In this document: positions 56,346-64,000 of the stretch, piece by piece | Layout: each line of letters starts with the position of its first letter | How positions within the stretch are numbered: position 1 is the first letter of the stretch | NCBI GenBank assembly: GCA_964494325.1 | Contig: CAZBTJ010000008.1 | Span: forward strand, 2,234 to 66,233 | DNA from: an uncultured Pirellulales bacterium | Lineage (GTDB): Bacteria; Planctomycetota; Phycisphaerae; Sedimentisphaerales; Anaerobacaceae | Length of the DNA stretch: 64,000 nt | Reading direction: 5' to 3' | Program-made: the position numbers and the translations under genes | The notes under the pieces: model-generated | Told to the model about the DNA's origin: nothing | Databases searched by the model: none | The model's input: only the letters and a program-made list of their open reading frames with translations

Positions 56346-57223
56346 GAGATTCGCTCAAACCGCACAGATTTTCTCAGCAGGATTTCCTGTTCCAGACCGC
56401 CATTGCTTTTGTTCATCAATGACACAATCCTTCGCACTTCAGGATCTCTGGATTCTCGTAAGCGTTTTAATAATGCAGCAGCATTTTTATTGTTCAGAAG
56501 TGTCAGATTGGCGTAACGTTCAAACAACATGTCAATGTCATTGGGGACAAACAGGGTCACCCGATCTCCCGGCAATGATTCCTTTAGCCGTAAGAACTCA
56601 TCCAAACCCACGGGGTCATAGTCACCACTGTGTACAAAAGAGCAACCTTGCATCGCCAAACTTTTAAACCAGCGAATCATGCGATCTGAGGTCCGACCGG
56701 CCGTCCAGATTGCGATATCCGCCTCAATGCCCATTCGCTGCCAGTGGATAAAACTAGCGTAGTTTTCAACAGAAACAATGTGCCCTAAAAACTGCCAATA
56801 GCCAGACTCTCCCTCGTCCAACACAAAACTAGCCACGCCAGCCATCTCTGTCAGACACCCCACCTCCAACTGATCACGTCCCCGCACCAGTACCTGCCCG
56901 GGCTTGGCAGACACCATGACAACTTCGGAATTCAAACGACCCTGCTTGGAGTTGCGCAACTTGGCAATGCCTTCTGATCTTGACAAAACTCCGATGTCAC
57001 TGTCCGGGAGGCCTTCCGGGCAATGCTTGGCAATAAACGCAGAAAAGGCCTCACCCTTGTTAATTGTCACACAGTACCCACGCCCTTTGCGAACGTCCAG
57101 TAAGATCTCTGTGGCAAACAAAGCATGCAACGCCTGGCGATGCGTACCAGACAGATCACTGGCAGGCATGGCCCCCTGTTCACTGAGTCGTTTCAGTCTC
57201 TTGGCCAATGGTTTTGAGATCAT
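56342..57223 (-). CDS. jetD: Wadjet JetD (MksG-like, Toprim/DUF2220-type nuclease subunit)
   Basis: IVSVENYASF and VHSGDYDPVGLDEF match the Toprim-like (E ... GD.D..G) signature of the JetD C-terminal domain. ATGA overlap with the jetC stop (57220-57223). Confidence 0.8.
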   Translation of the reverse strand: MISKPLAKRLKRLSEQGAMPASDLSGTHRQALHALFATEILLDVRKGRGYCVTINKGEAFSAFIAKHCPEGLPDSDIGVLSRSEGIAKLRNSKQGRLNSEVVMVSAKPGQVLVRGRDQLEVGCLTEMAGVASFVLDEGESGYWQFLGHIVSVENYASFIHWQRMGIEADIAIWTAGRTSDRMIRWFKSLAMQGCSFVHSGDYDPVGLDEFLRLKESLPGDRVTLFVPNDIDMLFERYANLTLLNNKNAAALLKRLRESRDPEVRRIVSLMNKSNGGLEQEILLRKSVRFERIS

Positions 57224-59952
57224 GCGTCACCTGATCCAGGGCGTACAATCTCAACCAGGCTGTGTTTGGGATTCAGTGTGACACGGCCTTGGTGTTCACT
57301 GAGATAATAGAGATGATTCGCTGCATCCATGGCCTCAGGACTGGCCAGGACTGCGATAAAGCCCAATTTCCGAGCCTCTTGCACAATGGAACGTAGGTTT
57401 TCGCTGTCCAGGCTAGAACACTCATCCAGATAAAATGGCACATTGGCACTGTCATCGACCAAGAGCCCTTGCAGCAAAATTAGATTGATGAGCACCTTGA
57501 TGGTAATGGTGGTGCCATTGGATTCAATGCGGTCCAGGTGGTCGTATTTTTTTGTACCACCCTGAATCGTGGTAATTTCAAAGTGCATGTCAAACATGTC
57601 TTCCAGTGAGAGTACAGGCCGCTCCTGGAGCATATGACTGATCTTACGCATGGCCTCATCTGTTTTCGCAGTATCCGCAAACAGGGGGGCTGCTTCATTG
57701 CGTTCAACCTGACGGAAGTGACGTTGAAATTCAGCATGAAATGAGAGTGTTATCTTCAAATTTGCCAGGTTTGAGATGTGGACCTTGGCCAGTTTACCAT
57801 TGAGTGAATTCACCTTGGCGGAGAGTTGCTCCATGTCACGGTTCAGTTCTTTGAAATCCTTCTTCAGTTGCACTGTAAATGAAAGCCAGTTCTGTTCCAA
57901 GGCTGCCTGTTTTTCCTTAAGACTCTCCAGTTCAATGCGAAAGTTGGCCAAGGTTTCCAATTCTGAGTCGCCTTGATAACGGCCGTAGGTCTGACTGTGA
58001 ATGGTCTCCAATTCTCCATCAATGCGCTGGGCCAACTGCTGATGCTGATCACTCAAGCGGCTGTAGTGTTCAATTAAATCCTGGAGAACCCATTTCTTTT
58101 GCGGAGGCTCGTCCGTGAGCCAGGTGTCTCCCGGACGGGGCACATCAGCCATCTTGCTGTCCACCTTGTCCAATTGTCCTGTGAGTTCGTCACGCTCATT
58201 ATCCAGTTGAAGCTTCTTCTGATGCCGTTTGGCCCGCTTGTCCTGGACTTCTGCGAGCTGAGTCTTCAATTGGGCGAGTGTCCGGTCCACGGCAATCACC
58301 TTTTTACCCAGGTTTTGATGATCTTCTTGTTTAATCTGATAGTCCCTGAATCGAGTACGCTCATCCTGCAAGCCTTCAAGACGGTCTTTCTGCTCGCCCA
58401 GGGCCTGAATATGAGTCTCATGATCCTTGGCTGCCGCGAGGATCTCTTGGCCCTGTTGAATGGCTTTGCCCAGATAAACCAGCTTCTCCCGCAAACGATC
58501 GGGATCCAAATAGTCTTCAGCGTCAAAATGCGTCATAGCATCAAGAACCAATGTCACCGTCTCATCCTGATAGGTCGTGCCTCGAAAGCGTCCAAGCAGG
58601 ATGTTCAACTGCTCTACCAATGCCTGGATACTATGAATCTTGACCTTGGCGACGTCACCCAGGGTGGATAGACGCAGAATCCCCTCATTGAACAAACGTG
58701 ACAATTGCCCTGTTTGTTCAGCACCCATATGCTCAACCAGCACCGAGACCAGAGAGTGCTCAATGTTTTCCAATTGATCGGTCAACTGCTGACACTGGGA
58801 TCGGGTGGTTTTGAGACGTCGTTCAATGGCCTCAGGAGATTCATGTGCGGCAGACTCCAATGTCGATTCCAACACACGTACCTTTTTTTCCAATTCCAAG
58901 ATCTGCGTGTCGGTCCATGCGGAGTGATAGTCGCTGAATCGTTCCTTTAAGGCATTAAGCTCCTGAACGATCTGATTGAGCTGCCCCTTTTCCTGGAGGG
59001 TGTCATTGTGTTGAGCAGTCAGTTGCTCGTGACGCTCATTCAATGCTGTAGCTTCTTGGCTCAACTTGCCCTGTTGGATATCCAGCGTCTTTAAGCGGTT
59101 TTGGGTGTCTGCTTTAAAATCATGAAACAACCGCCCCATCAGGCCATAGAAGGCTCTTAGCGTGGCACGCATGGGGTCTCTTTGTGCCACATTTTCCAGA
59201 ATACGACCAATGGCCGCTTCATTGCGTTGCAGGTCCTGAACATCCGCCTTTTGACGTTGGAGTTGATCTAGCTGCGGCGCAAAATCCTCTTGAAGATTGA
59301 TCTGACGTTTTGTGAAGTCCCCTTCAAAGAGTTCCAAAAGCAGTGTCTTGAGTTCCTCCTGACGCAAATGACTCAAGCGCAGCAGATTCAGGAACACAGT
59401 ACAGAAGCGTTTGTAGCCCACACGTTTTCTTAGCGGCACCAGGGATAGATTCACGGCCTCGGCTGAGGACGCCCCTTTCTTGAGTGTGCTGCCAATCAAT
59501 GCGGCCCTCAGATCAGAAGGCCTTAGGAGGGCAAAGCCCTTGGAAGCCAATCGGGTCTTGACCTGATCCCAAGGCAGGATTCTGTTGTCGTCAGAAAGAA
59601 AATCTGATCGCTTATACTGTTCCCGACAGGCAAAGCGTTCAATGTTGTAACTTCGAACAGGCCCCAGACCATGAACGCCGGTCAGCATAAATCCTTCAGG
59701 CCCCAGCGATTCAAAGAGTGCATAACTGCGGTCATCCGGAAAGTAATACTTTCGGGTCGTGGGCATGTCGCGACTAAATCGCATTTTGTTCTGGTCGTCA
59801 ACATAAAGGAACTGAAGCAAGGCAATGAGCGAGGTCTTGCCAATGTTATTGGGCCCCACCAAATGCAATGGGACATCCAAATCAATCTCAGCGTAGTCAA
59901 ACTTGCCGCAATTCAGAAGTATCAAACGTGTGGGTCCAACCCTCTCACTCAT
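57220..59952 (-). CDS. jetC: Wadjet JetC (MksB-like SMC-family ATPase)
   Basis: Walker A LVGPNNIGKTSLIALLQFLY, about 600 aa of heptad-rich coiled coil, Walker B VPFYLDECSSLD. Start set to MSERVGPTRLILLNCG at 59952, an 8-nt overlap with jetB. Confidence 0.85.
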   Translation of the reverse strand: MSERVGPTRLILLNCGKFDYAEIDLDVPLHLVGPNNIGKTSLIALLQFLYVDDQNKMRFSRDMPTTRKYYFPDDRSYALFESLGPEGFMLTGVHGLGPVRSYNIERFACREQYKRSDFLSDDNRILPWDQVKTRLASKGFALLRPSDLRAALIGSTLKKGASSAEAVNLSLVPLRKRVGYKRFCTVFLNLLRLSHLRQEELKTLLLELFEGDFTKRQINLQEDFAPQLDQLQRQKADVQDLQRNEAAIGRILENVAQRDPMRATLRAFYGLMGRLFHDFKADTQNRLKTLDIQQGKLSQEATALNERHEQLTAQHNDTLQEKGQLNQIVQELNALKERFSDYHSAWTDTQILELEKKVRVLESTLESAAHESPEAIERRLKTTRSQCQQLTDQLENIEHSLVSVLVEHMGAEQTGQLSRLFNEGILRLSTLGDVAKVKIHSIQALVEQLNILLGRFRGTTYQDETVTLVLDAMTHFDAEDYLDPDRLREKLVYLGKAIQQGQEILAAAKDHETHIQALGEQKDRLEGLQDERTRFRDYQIKQEDHQNLGKKVIAVDRTLAQLKTQLAEVQDKRAKRHQKKLQLDNERDELTGQLDKVDSKMADVPRPGDTWLTDEPPQKKWVLQDLIEHYSRLSDQHQQLAQRIDGELETIHSQTYGRYQGDSELETLANFRIELESLKEKQAALEQNWLSFTVQLKKDFKELNRDMEQLSAKVNSLNGKLAKVHISNLANLKITLSFHAEFQRHFRQVERNEAAPLFADTAKTDEAMRKISHMLQERPVLSLEDMFDMHFEITTIQGGTKKYDHLDRIESNGTTITIKVLINLILLQGLLVDDSANVPFYLDECSSLDSENLRSIVQEARKLGFIAVLASPEAMDAANHLYYLSEHQGRVTLNPKHSLVEIVRPGSGDA

Positions 59953-60523
59953 GATTTGTCCCCTCCTCACCAAGCCCATTCTGGGTTTGGCTGGATGCAA
60001 TATCCTGGCAGATATCCAGAAAACGATACACTGGGCAGCGAAAGGCAAAAACCTCCTCATTGACACGCTCCGCAAAGCCCGTGCGAATCATATTCGTGAC
60101 AATGGTACGCAACCCATCACTATCAAAGATACCCAACTGAGCCATGTAATCACGATACCGCTGACTTGTTAAATGTGGCAACTCATCAAAACTGAATTGC
60201 TGGCTCATCAGAGCCTCCTCAATATTGTGCCCCTGATCCGTAATCCACTCAATAAGGATAAACATAAACACTGCAAGACGTTCTGATCTTTCGCTCATAG
60301 CATTGGGTGAACAAAAATAGTAGAAATCCCGACGATGCTTTTTGAGTTCAAATCCCAGTTGGTCAAAGAGACTTGTAAACACCTCTCTGTCATCTTCAAG
60401 CGACTGATAGAGCAATCCGTCGGCTCGACTGAGGTGACGGCCTTGACGCAGAGCCTCAAAAACACCTCTAAGGTGAGGTAAGGTGCCCATGGCCTGATTT
60501 GATGGTTTGCCTACATTAGACAT
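59945..60523 (-). CDS. jetB: Wadjet JetB (MksE-like, DUF4194-type kleisin partner)
   Basis: 192 aa. FEALRQGRHLSRADGLLYQSLEDDREVFTSLFDQLGFELKKHRRDFYYF resembles the DUF4194 pattern. Positioned between jetA and jetC with 8-nt overlaps on both sides. Confidence 0.7.
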   Translation of the reverse strand: MSNVGKPSNQAMGTLPHLRGVFEALRQGRHLSRADGLLYQSLEDDREVFTSLFDQLGFELKKHRRDFYYFCSPNAMSERSERLAVFMFILIEWITDQGHNIEEALMSQQFSFDELPHLTSQRYRDYMAQLGIFDSDGLRTIVTNMIRTGFAERVNEEVFAFRCPVYRFLDICQDIASSQTQNGLGEEGTNHE

Positions 60524-61751
60524 CAGAAGTTTCCTTTATCCATGTCATGGGACATGCCTTTAATGTAATACCGTGACTTTGATAGAGATGCGGCTCATCA
60601 GAAAACGTAAGATATCCCAGGCCCTCAGTGTGAAACATCCCGTACACCCGTAAATGGCCGGCCACACCTTCTTGCGGAAAGACTTCAAGAATCCACTGAA
60701 GCACATCATCTATATGAAGCAATCCGTGAAGGCGACGTTTCAAATCGCTGAGCCCCGTGAATACAGGGATCTTGTCCACGACCCAATCAGGATCAATGCA
60801 CACATCTTTCGGTTCGTACAGGCTGATGCCATACAGATAGGCGGCCAATCCGGCATCATCAATGAGGCCCTGCGTACGAAATGAAGCCAATCCCAATCGG
60901 TTAGCCAAATCCAGGGTTTTGAAACCTTGCCTGCCAATCTCTTTTAACGCCGTTGTGGCACCTTGAGCAATGAGCGTCTCTTTGCGACAACGTTCATACA
61001 GAGGCATCAGTTCTCGATAACTTTCTCGAAAGTCCACATCGATATCACGTTTGAGTCGCAACAACCGGGCCAGGGTTCGACCGTACAATTGGCGGACATG
61101 ACGATCAGCTTCAAACCGATCCTTGCCTGTGGTTAGAGATCGCTGAAGACGCTCTAACTGCGTGTCCATCTCCTTGCTGACGTCAATCATATCTCGCATA
61201 GGCATGAGATACTTGGTATAGAGATGATTAATCAATTCAAAACGCTGACGAACAGAAGACTTGTCCGAATTGATCTTGGCCTTCACACAATCAGCAATGA
61301 TCCGTTGGCGATTATTGAGCGAATCACTTCGCATCCGTTCACTATGCTCATCAATTTCATACACGATTCGCACCACAGCATCGCCATCCACCTGGCCCCC
61401 TGCCTGATCCAATTCAAGGCAATATCGATCAAGGGCTTTCAAATAGCCCTGGATGACTTCCACACTGGTCAGGCGGTATTCCTGTAGAAGAAATCCCAAG
61501 AGCCTACTAATGGCATGGGGCATCTCGTAGGTCCTGTCTGTATCCGGCGCATATTCGAGAAAACCCAAACGTAACATACGCTCCACCAGATAGGCCGTAG
61601 ATGGCGACTCCGGCGTAATGTAACGCCTAATTACCCGCGAAAGACGAGACTCTGGAATGCTCTGCCTGCCACAATGCCGATACAACTCCAATAGCATATC
61701 GCAGTGGTCACCTGCAAAACGAAAAAATTTTTCTGGCTGAACCTGGGCCAT
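60516..61751 (-). CDS. jetA: Wadjet JetA (MksF-like, DUF3375-type kleisin)
   Basis: 411 aa and the first gene of the 4-gene overlapped operon. The assignment rests mainly on the conserved jetABCD order and size; no catalytic motif is expected. Confidence 0.65.
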   Translation of the reverse strand: MAQVQPEKFFRFAGDHCDMLLELYRHCGRQSIPESRLSRVIRRYITPESPSTAYLVERMLRLGFLEYAPDTDRTYEMPHAISRLLGFLLQEYRLTSVEVIQGYLKALDRYCLELDQAGGQVDGDAVVRIVYEIDEHSERMRSDSLNNRQRIIADCVKAKINSDKSSVRQRFELINHLYTKYLMPMRDMIDVSKEMDTQLERLQRSLTTGKDRFEADRHVRQLYGRTLARLLRLKRDIDVDFRESYRELMPLYERCRKETLIAQGATTALKEIGRQGFKTLDLANRLGLASFRTQGLIDDAGLAAYLYGISLYEPKDVCIDPDWVVDKIPVFTGLSDLKRRLHGLLHIDDVLQWILEVFPQEGVAGHLRVYGMFHTEGLGYLTFSDEPHLYQSHGITLKACPMTWIKETSDV

Positions 61752-62008
61752 AACGGGTCCAATTCCGAATCATGGAAGAAAATACCTTTGCAACGTCTCC
61801 GCAAGAACCACATTCGGTGGTTTTGGGGGTCCTTTGAGCACGATCTCGTCTACTGTAGCGAACGCATAGGTTTTCTCAAGTGAAAAATTCTAATATCTCC
61901 TGCTATCGGATCGTCTTACTCTCTTCGCTTCAGATAGGAGGCTGATCGCTTCTCATTTGATCCAGATTCTAAAAACGAACCACGAAAAGCTAAAACCTAA
62001 AAACAATC

Positions 62009-62770
62009 TCACACAGAGTCACGGTGGACCACTGCATTGGCGACAGCCTCACGCAGGGCCTCCTCCGGAAGCTCCGGGCGTTCCTCCCGGGTGGGGGTCT
62101 TGATGATGAACTCGGTATTGATCTTGGATAAAATATAGTTGACCGCTTCACGATAATTGCGATAGGGATCACAAGCCAGGAGTTTGCTGTCGAGGATCTT
62201 GACCTTGGTCGTGCCCATGAACAGGCCACACATGACAATAGCCGTGGTGTGAAAGGCCCGAATATCCTCGGCCAACAACCAGGCCCCGGCATTGGTCATC
62301 TGTCCGTTGCTGAGTAGATGCAGGTTTTCCAGGGCCTGTATGCGATCCATGTCTTCCGAAATATGTGCGCGCTTGGCAAAGACTTTAAAGGGCGATCTAT
62401 CCAGATCCTTGGGCATGTGAAATTTATGGCAAGGCATTTCATCGTAGTGGATCAACCCTTCTCGAAAGTAAAAGTCACGGATTTCGTTTCGACTGAGTTG
62501 CTGGCAATTGGCCCCCTCTCGCACATAGAATCTACCGCTGTCTGAATAGGGTTTGTTATGCTGTTCAGGGATCGTGACCACCAACACGTCTTCCACACTC
62601 TCAATGTCTATAAGCACCGCAGGTTCAATCTGACGGGCCATGGATTGGACTGCGGATTTGAGTCGGTTAGGCTCAGCCACACCCACGATCGTGCCATGAT
62701 CGTCCACGCCAATCAGGATACGCCCACCCGAACCATTGGCAAACGCGCAGAGTTCGCGCCCCAGATGACT
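62009..62770 (-). pseudogene. Fragment of an AlbA_2/Schlafen-like ATP-binding putative DNA-binding protein, truncated at both ends
   Basis: AlbA_2 core ELCAFANGSGGRILIGVDDHGTIVGV: the part up to LIG is read by me upstream of the listed GTG (62707), in a frame with no usable start codon. The protein ends at ALREAVANAVVHRDSV*, where full-length homologues continue with a HATPase_c_4 domain. Confidence 0.65.
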
Positions 62771-63006
62771 GGTATCCCTCGTCGAACATTCTTCGCTGGA
62801 TTTGATCCATTTGTTATTGTTCCTTCAAAAGAAACATCCCCTTCCCACGGTTGAACTAAACCACAAACAGTTTTTAAGGTCGTAGACTTACCAGAACCAT
62901 TCGGTCCAATGATCGCCACAATCTCGCCAGGCTCAATATTCAGAGACATCCCAAACAGAACCTGCTTTTTGTCATACCCAGTTTGTAGATTCTTAATCTG
63001 AAGCAT
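62771..63006 (-). pseudogene. N-terminal fragment of an ABC-transporter ATPase (LivF-like)
   Basis: MLQIKNLQTGYDKKQVLFGMSLNIEPGEIVAIIGPNGSGKSTTLKTVCGL...RRGI carries only Walker A. No Q-loop, signature or Walker B follows; the frame runs into the AlbA_2 fragment. Confidence 0.7.
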
Positions 63007-63013
63007 GCTATCC

Positions 63014-63352
63014 CTAGCCCATTGCCGCTTTCATATCAGACTTATGTATTTCCTCAAACTGACTAATAGTCACATCACCTTCTGGAAAATGTGCAACAAT
63101 ACGCAATTCACCACCCATAGCAGCAAGAAAACGCCGTAAGGTGCTAATATACATATCAGATTGATGCTCTACTTTAGATACCGCAGCTTGGTTCATATTT
63201 AGATTATCAGCCAATTGCTGTTGAGTTAACTCAAGTGCCTGCCTTAACTCTTGCAATGCCATCTCTGAATACATCTTATCTGTACTTTTCTCAATTCGAG
63301 CCTGGCTTTCAGCTGACATTTTTGATACTAAGTTTTTAAATGACTTTGCCAT
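63014..63352 (-). CDS. higA: XRE-family HTH antitoxin (HigA-type)
   Basis: HTH LELTQQQLADNLNMNQAAVSKVEHQSD. Starts on the last nt of the toxin gene (63352). Toxin-first gene order. Confidence 0.8.
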   Translation of the reverse strand: MAKSFKNLVSKMSAESQARIEKSTDKMYSEMALQELRQALELTQQQLADNLNMNQAAVSKVEHQSDMYISTLRRFLAAMGGELRIVAHFPEGDVTISQFEEIHKSDMKAAMG

Positions 63353-63711
63353 TATAAATCACCGTCCTTTCGTAGCTGATCTAGATGCTCATCATAGAGC
63401 TTGTCGGCAATTGGAACAAACTGGTCATACCACCGATCTTTACCAGTCTTATCGCCACCTACCAGTAGAATAGCATTTCTCCTGGGATCAAAAGCATATA
63501 ACACCCTATACGGGTGCCCTGCATGTTGAATTCGAAGCTCTCGCATATGGCCATGCCTAGACTTCGCAATACCTGAACTATGCGGAAAAGGCAACTGAGG
63601 CCCTTTCCTTTCAAGCAGACCAACAGTCGCAGCAACAGACACCTGCTCTGCTTCAGTTAAAAGGCTCCACCATGAACCAAACTCATCAGTATATTCAACA
63701 TTCCATGCCAT
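63352..63711 (-). CDS. higB: RelE/ParE-superfamily toxin (HigB / phage Gp49-like)
   Basis: MRELRIQHAGHPYRVLYAFDPRRNAILLVGGDKTGKDRWY is the characteristic Gp49/HigB block. Confidence 0.8.
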   Translation of the reverse strand: MAWNVEYTDEFGSWWSLLTEAEQVSVAATVGLLERKGPQLPFPHSSGIAKSRHGHMRELRIQHAGHPYRVLYAFDPRRNAILLVGGDKTGKDRWYDQFVPIADKLYDEHLDQLRKDGDL

Positions 63712-63732
63712 ATAATATAACCTAATAGGAAT

Positions 63733-63748
63733 ATAACTAATTAGTTAT
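63733..63748. promoter_or_regulatory. Perfect 16-bp palindrome upstream of higB; candidate HigA operator
   Basis: ATAACTAATTAGTTAT equals its own reverse complement, 22 nt upstream of the higB ATG (63711). Confidence 0.55.
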
Positions 63749-63810
63749 CTCAAGTCAAACTTTTTTTTCAGTCATCCGTCCTCAGCCCTCTGTGTTTCTG
63801 TCCTCTGTCA

Positions 63811-63957
63811 TCAACCGATATATGCCTCAATAACTTTTGGATCATTTCTTACCTGCTGGGGTGTTCCTTCACTGACCTTAGCACCGGTATCCATAAAGAT
63901 CACACGATCACAAACCTGCATCACAGCATCAAGGTCATGCTTATCCACTAATTCACA
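63811..63957 (-). pseudogene. C-terminal ~45-aa fragment of an ABC-transporter ATPase (LivG-like)
   Basis: Own translation of the minus strand: VDKHDLDAVMQVCDRVIFMDTGAKVSEGTPQQVRNDPKVIEAYIG*. This is the H-loop to C-terminus of branched-chain-type ABC ATPases. An in-frame TAG lies 3 codons upstream (63958-63960), and AT-rich non-coding DNA lies beyond it. Confidence 0.65.
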
Positions 63958-64000
63958 CTAATCTTCACTAATAAAAAGAACAAAGATATTTCACAGAACT

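Noticed and set aside
56346-56667. C-terminal two-thirds of the 194-aa plus-strand ORF
   Set aside because: It is antisense to jetD. The composition is Cys/His/Gln-rich and shows no TM or domain character after the credible N-terminal part.
59953-60075. Long N-terminal extension of JetC (listed ORF start at 60075)
   Set aside because: The extension overlaps jetB by 131 nt in another frame and is hydrophobic/basic junk. MSERVGPTRLILLNCG at 59952 sits the usual distance before the Walker A motif.
56342-61751. Housekeeping MksBEF chromosome condensin rather than Wadjet
   Set aside because: A fourth, overlapping gene with a Toprim-like JetD/MksG signature is present. In addition, the locus is flanked by gene fragments and a toxin-antitoxin module, consistent with an accessory defence island.
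1-64000. tRNA, rRNA, tmRNA genes and riboswitches
   Set aside because: A scan of the intergenic regions showed no T-arm (GGTTCGAATCC-like) or anticodon-stem patterns and no rRNA-like conserved blocks. A covariance-model search (tRNAscan-SE or Infernal) would be needed to exclude them formally.

Overview
64-kb bacterial chromosomal window, about 50% GC by eye; the phylum cannot be assigned from the sequence alone. It covers the dnaA/origin neighbourhood and housekeeping genes: a UDP-sugar pyrophosphorylase, a PIN/TRAM protein, dnaA, acyP, cmk-ispH-rpsA, a fused hisH-hisF, pntAA-pntAB-pntB, rpmA-obg-coaX-mnmE-like, and RNase P RNA. It also carries a TetR-linked RND efflux operon. Three regions deserve attention. 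(1) 24.7-32.7 kb: a tightly coupled 7-gene minus-strand operon encodes a group-4-hydrogenase/complex-I-like membrane complex. Its 'large subunit' has lost the canonical NiFe cysteine ligands (Ehr-type, physiological role unknown). An HTH-PTS-EIIA fusion gene leads the operon, and its last gene overlaps a convergent beta-carbonic anhydrase gene by 4 nt. (2) 33.3-47.4 kb, directly downstream of rnpB: an accessory block holds a 1062-aa type IIG/IIL-like N6-adenine methyltransferase fusion with a translationally coupled small ORF, a 1834-aa amylase/glycogen-synthase/HEAT fusion, a PIF1/RecD-like helicase, a 163-nt near-perfect hairpin and an orphan 528-aa protein. (3) 56.3-64 kb: a defence island holds a complete JetABCD (Wadjet/MksBEFG-type) operon set flush against a truncated membrane-protein gene. 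It is followed by gene fragments (AlbA_2/Schlafen-like, two ABC-ATPase pieces) and a HigBA-type toxin-antitoxin pair. I recognised no CRISPR array, rRNA, tRNA, integrase or transposase. All functional calls rest on motif recognition in the supplied translations and on reading the DNA by eye; no database search or folding program was run.
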